Assembly: GCA_032718475.1 (NCBI GenBank)
Contig: JAUCBJ010005263.1
Span: 1 to 36,144 of the forward strand
DNA from: Nemertoderma westbladi
Lineage: Eukaryota > Animalia > Xenacoelomorpha
Length of the DNA stretch: 36,144 nt
Direction: 5' to 3'
This document shows, in pieces, positions 33,886 to 36,144 of this stretch (position 1 is the stretch's first letter; each line of letters opens with the position of its first letter). The notes under the pieces were generated by a model that was given only the letters and a program-made list of their open reading frames with translations, made no database searches and had not been told where the DNA came from. The position numbers and the translations under genes are program-made.

Positions 33886-34649
33886 AGAGGCAGCGTACGA
33901 AGCAAGCTTATGTGACACTACCACTGCCACAAATTTGCATGGTTTACGAAGTGAACCGTTTTGACTGGTTAATTATATTAAGCTTATTAACATATGACTT
34001 ATGCCAAAATACTGATAAATAATAAAATTAGTAGTGGCAGTGGTTTATTAATTGATAAATCTTTGTTGTATTAGTTCTTTTTCAACACAAATTTTCACAT
34101 TTTTTATTTCCTAGCAGTGAAATTGTTGAATGCGCAATGGAATGTTGAATTTTTTGTTATATTATACAGCAAATAATCTGATCCATACAGTTCAAATTGT
34201 ACTACTTTCCCATTAAATCTCAGATTATTGTACTGAAATTAAATTATTCTGTAAGATCACTACTTTGCTACTTTTTCCTCCCTAATGTTCCTTTGGAATT
34301 CCCTTGCATTTAGCTAATTTCCGTAGAATTTCCATAAATTAATAAAATCCTGGATTACAAGTTAAAAGATACAAAAAAACAAACTAATTGCGAATTTATT
34401 TTGGGCGTTAACATGGCCTACTATAACTGTTATAGTAGGTCATGGCTTTAAGCAAGATTGATTCGACTGTTAGTAATAAATAATGAGACGAAATTTAGAA
34501 AAATGCACAATATCCAACAATCGAATTAAAATGCAAATGGGGGTTATTCGCATTTGAAACGCATCTTGCAACCCTAGTGACGTCACTGAACCTGATAATA
34601 ATTTAGCAACATCCTAAAACCTACATACAATTATAGCCTACGTCATCAT

Positions 34650-35778
34650 TCATTGTTGACCCTTAATTAACATCTTCATGTAATATTCCCGGCCCTGTAA
34701 GACGATCTCACTAGTGGCCCGCTGGCGCAGTATCTAAAGCCTAACTCGTCAGCGACATCCCGCCAATAGGAGAACCGCTCTGGGGTCACGTATTCCTTCA
34801 CCTTAAGATGCCTTTTGGTTGGCTGTTGGTACTGACCGAGAGTTAGGCAGTCTACTCCCACCAATCTGATATCCCTGAGGGTCTCTCTGATTTGCTCGTC
34901 GGTTTCGCCCAATCCCAGCATCACCGATGTTTTAGTAAGTAGATTCTGATTGGTGGATTAGCATGACGCAGCACGGCCAGCGATTGGTCGTATTTGGCGC
35001 GCGGGTCGCGCACATGCTGTGTCATTAGGCGCGTAGTTTCAACGTTATGAGCGAACACGTCCAACCCGGATGACGTCACCGTATCCACAGCAACGAGGTC
35101 CCCCCTAAAGTCTGGGACCAAACACTCTATCAACATGGTAGGTTTCGCTCGCTTCGTTTCGCGTACAGTCGCGGCGATGTGCGCGGCGCCGCCGTCCACC
35201 AGATCGTCGCGATCTACCGAGGTTATCACGACGTAGTCCAACCCCCACTCCGATATAGCCGCGGCGGTGTTCCCGGGTTCGTTTGGGTCCGGAGGCGGCG
35301 GATTTCGAGAAGTTTTCACGGAACAGAAACGACACCCTCTGGTGCACTGATCGCCGAGCACCATAATCGTGGCCGTCGCAGAACCTTCGGCGCCCCAACA
35401 CTCACCGATGTTAGGGCACTTAGCTTCTTCGCACACCGTATTTAAGTTTAACTTCCTCAGCGACTCCTTTAAGCGATGGTAATTTTTTCCAGACGGAATC
35501 TTCATCTTTATCCATGGCGGGATTCTCAACCTCTCGTTGGCTGCTGTTATTTTAAGTTTACCGCCGTATTCTGTTACTTTGTCTTCCTCTATCGATCGTT
35601 CTATGAAATCATCGAGGTTAGGGCCTTGAGTTAGTTTCTGTTTCTGGGATTGCGATAAAGAAGATGATTTAGCGTATACAAAGTCCACCGGAAGTCCGTG
35701 TCGAGAAGGAGGACGTTTCGTCTCAGATGATTTCGACAGATTAATAAAGTCATACCGGTACTGAACATAATCCAACAC
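34650..35778 (-). CDS. LIAS: Lipoyl synthase (radical SAM) with two apparent 1-bp deletions; 5-prime end uncertain
   Basis: [12 protein letters not shown] (CX4CX5C), CTRGCRFC (CX3CX2C), [30 protein letters not shown] and GPLVRSSY. Restoring one base at ~34958 and one at ~34689 gives ...[17 protein letters not shown]... and ...[15 protein letters not shown] (stop 34650-34652). Confidence 0.9.
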
Positions 35779-36144
35779 AATGTAGTCTATAATAGTAACA
35801 AACTAAAGATAAAATCACTCAAATGAAAGCAAAGTTGACTAAGCACCATCGTTACATATTATTAATTTCTTTTTTCAATTATGACTGTTTGTAAATAAAA
35901 TTTCAGTTGGCCTAAATAAATTATTGTAGCTTTCAAGTCTAAAGAAAATTATAAAAATCTAATATGAATAAATATTAAAGGGGTCCATAAAAGTAAAAAA
36001 AATAATGCATTTTATTTACAATATTCAACAAGCCTTATAATCAGTTAAATATCCTATATCAAGCAGCACGGTACCGACTGACCGATAATGTGTAAACTAA
36101 GTATAGTAACCGGTAGGTAATAACCAAGAATCAAACAAGGTTAC

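Noticed and set aside
34412-34444. Short hairpin downstream of LIAS as a terminator
   Set aside because: Eukaryotic context; more likely a small palindromic repeat relic.

Overview
AT-rich eukaryotic, probably invertebrate animal, genomic DNA; not prokaryotic. Host genes: an intronless TPR-like protein with a C-terminal HPD (J-domain-like) motif (2991-4364 +), FAM135 (3 or more coding exons, 7860-12561 +), and lipoyl synthase LIAS (34650-35778 -, two apparent 1-bp frameshifts). An orphan 1088-aa ORF (24645-27911 +) has two CxxC-x10-CxxH fingers and 17 x 48-aa repeats, each carrying a SUMO consensus. The rest is nested mobile DNA: a CMC/EnSpm-like element, a MULE-like foldback, SINE/LINE relics and minisatellites. 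The main result is a pair of Crypton-type (tyrosine recombinase) elements of unrelated sequence, 28583-32296 (catalytically deleted YR gene) and 18449-20228 (non-autonomous), that share one architecture. Each has a long terminal hairpin with one arm split by the integration site, so joining the two ends (the presumed circle junction) rebuilds a longer palindrome. Each apex carries a strand-specific CCGAGG-flanked GNA-triloop mini-hairpin. An unbroken junction copy lies inside the larger element, and empty target sites for the smaller one lie next to it. All calls come from manual reading; no searches were run.
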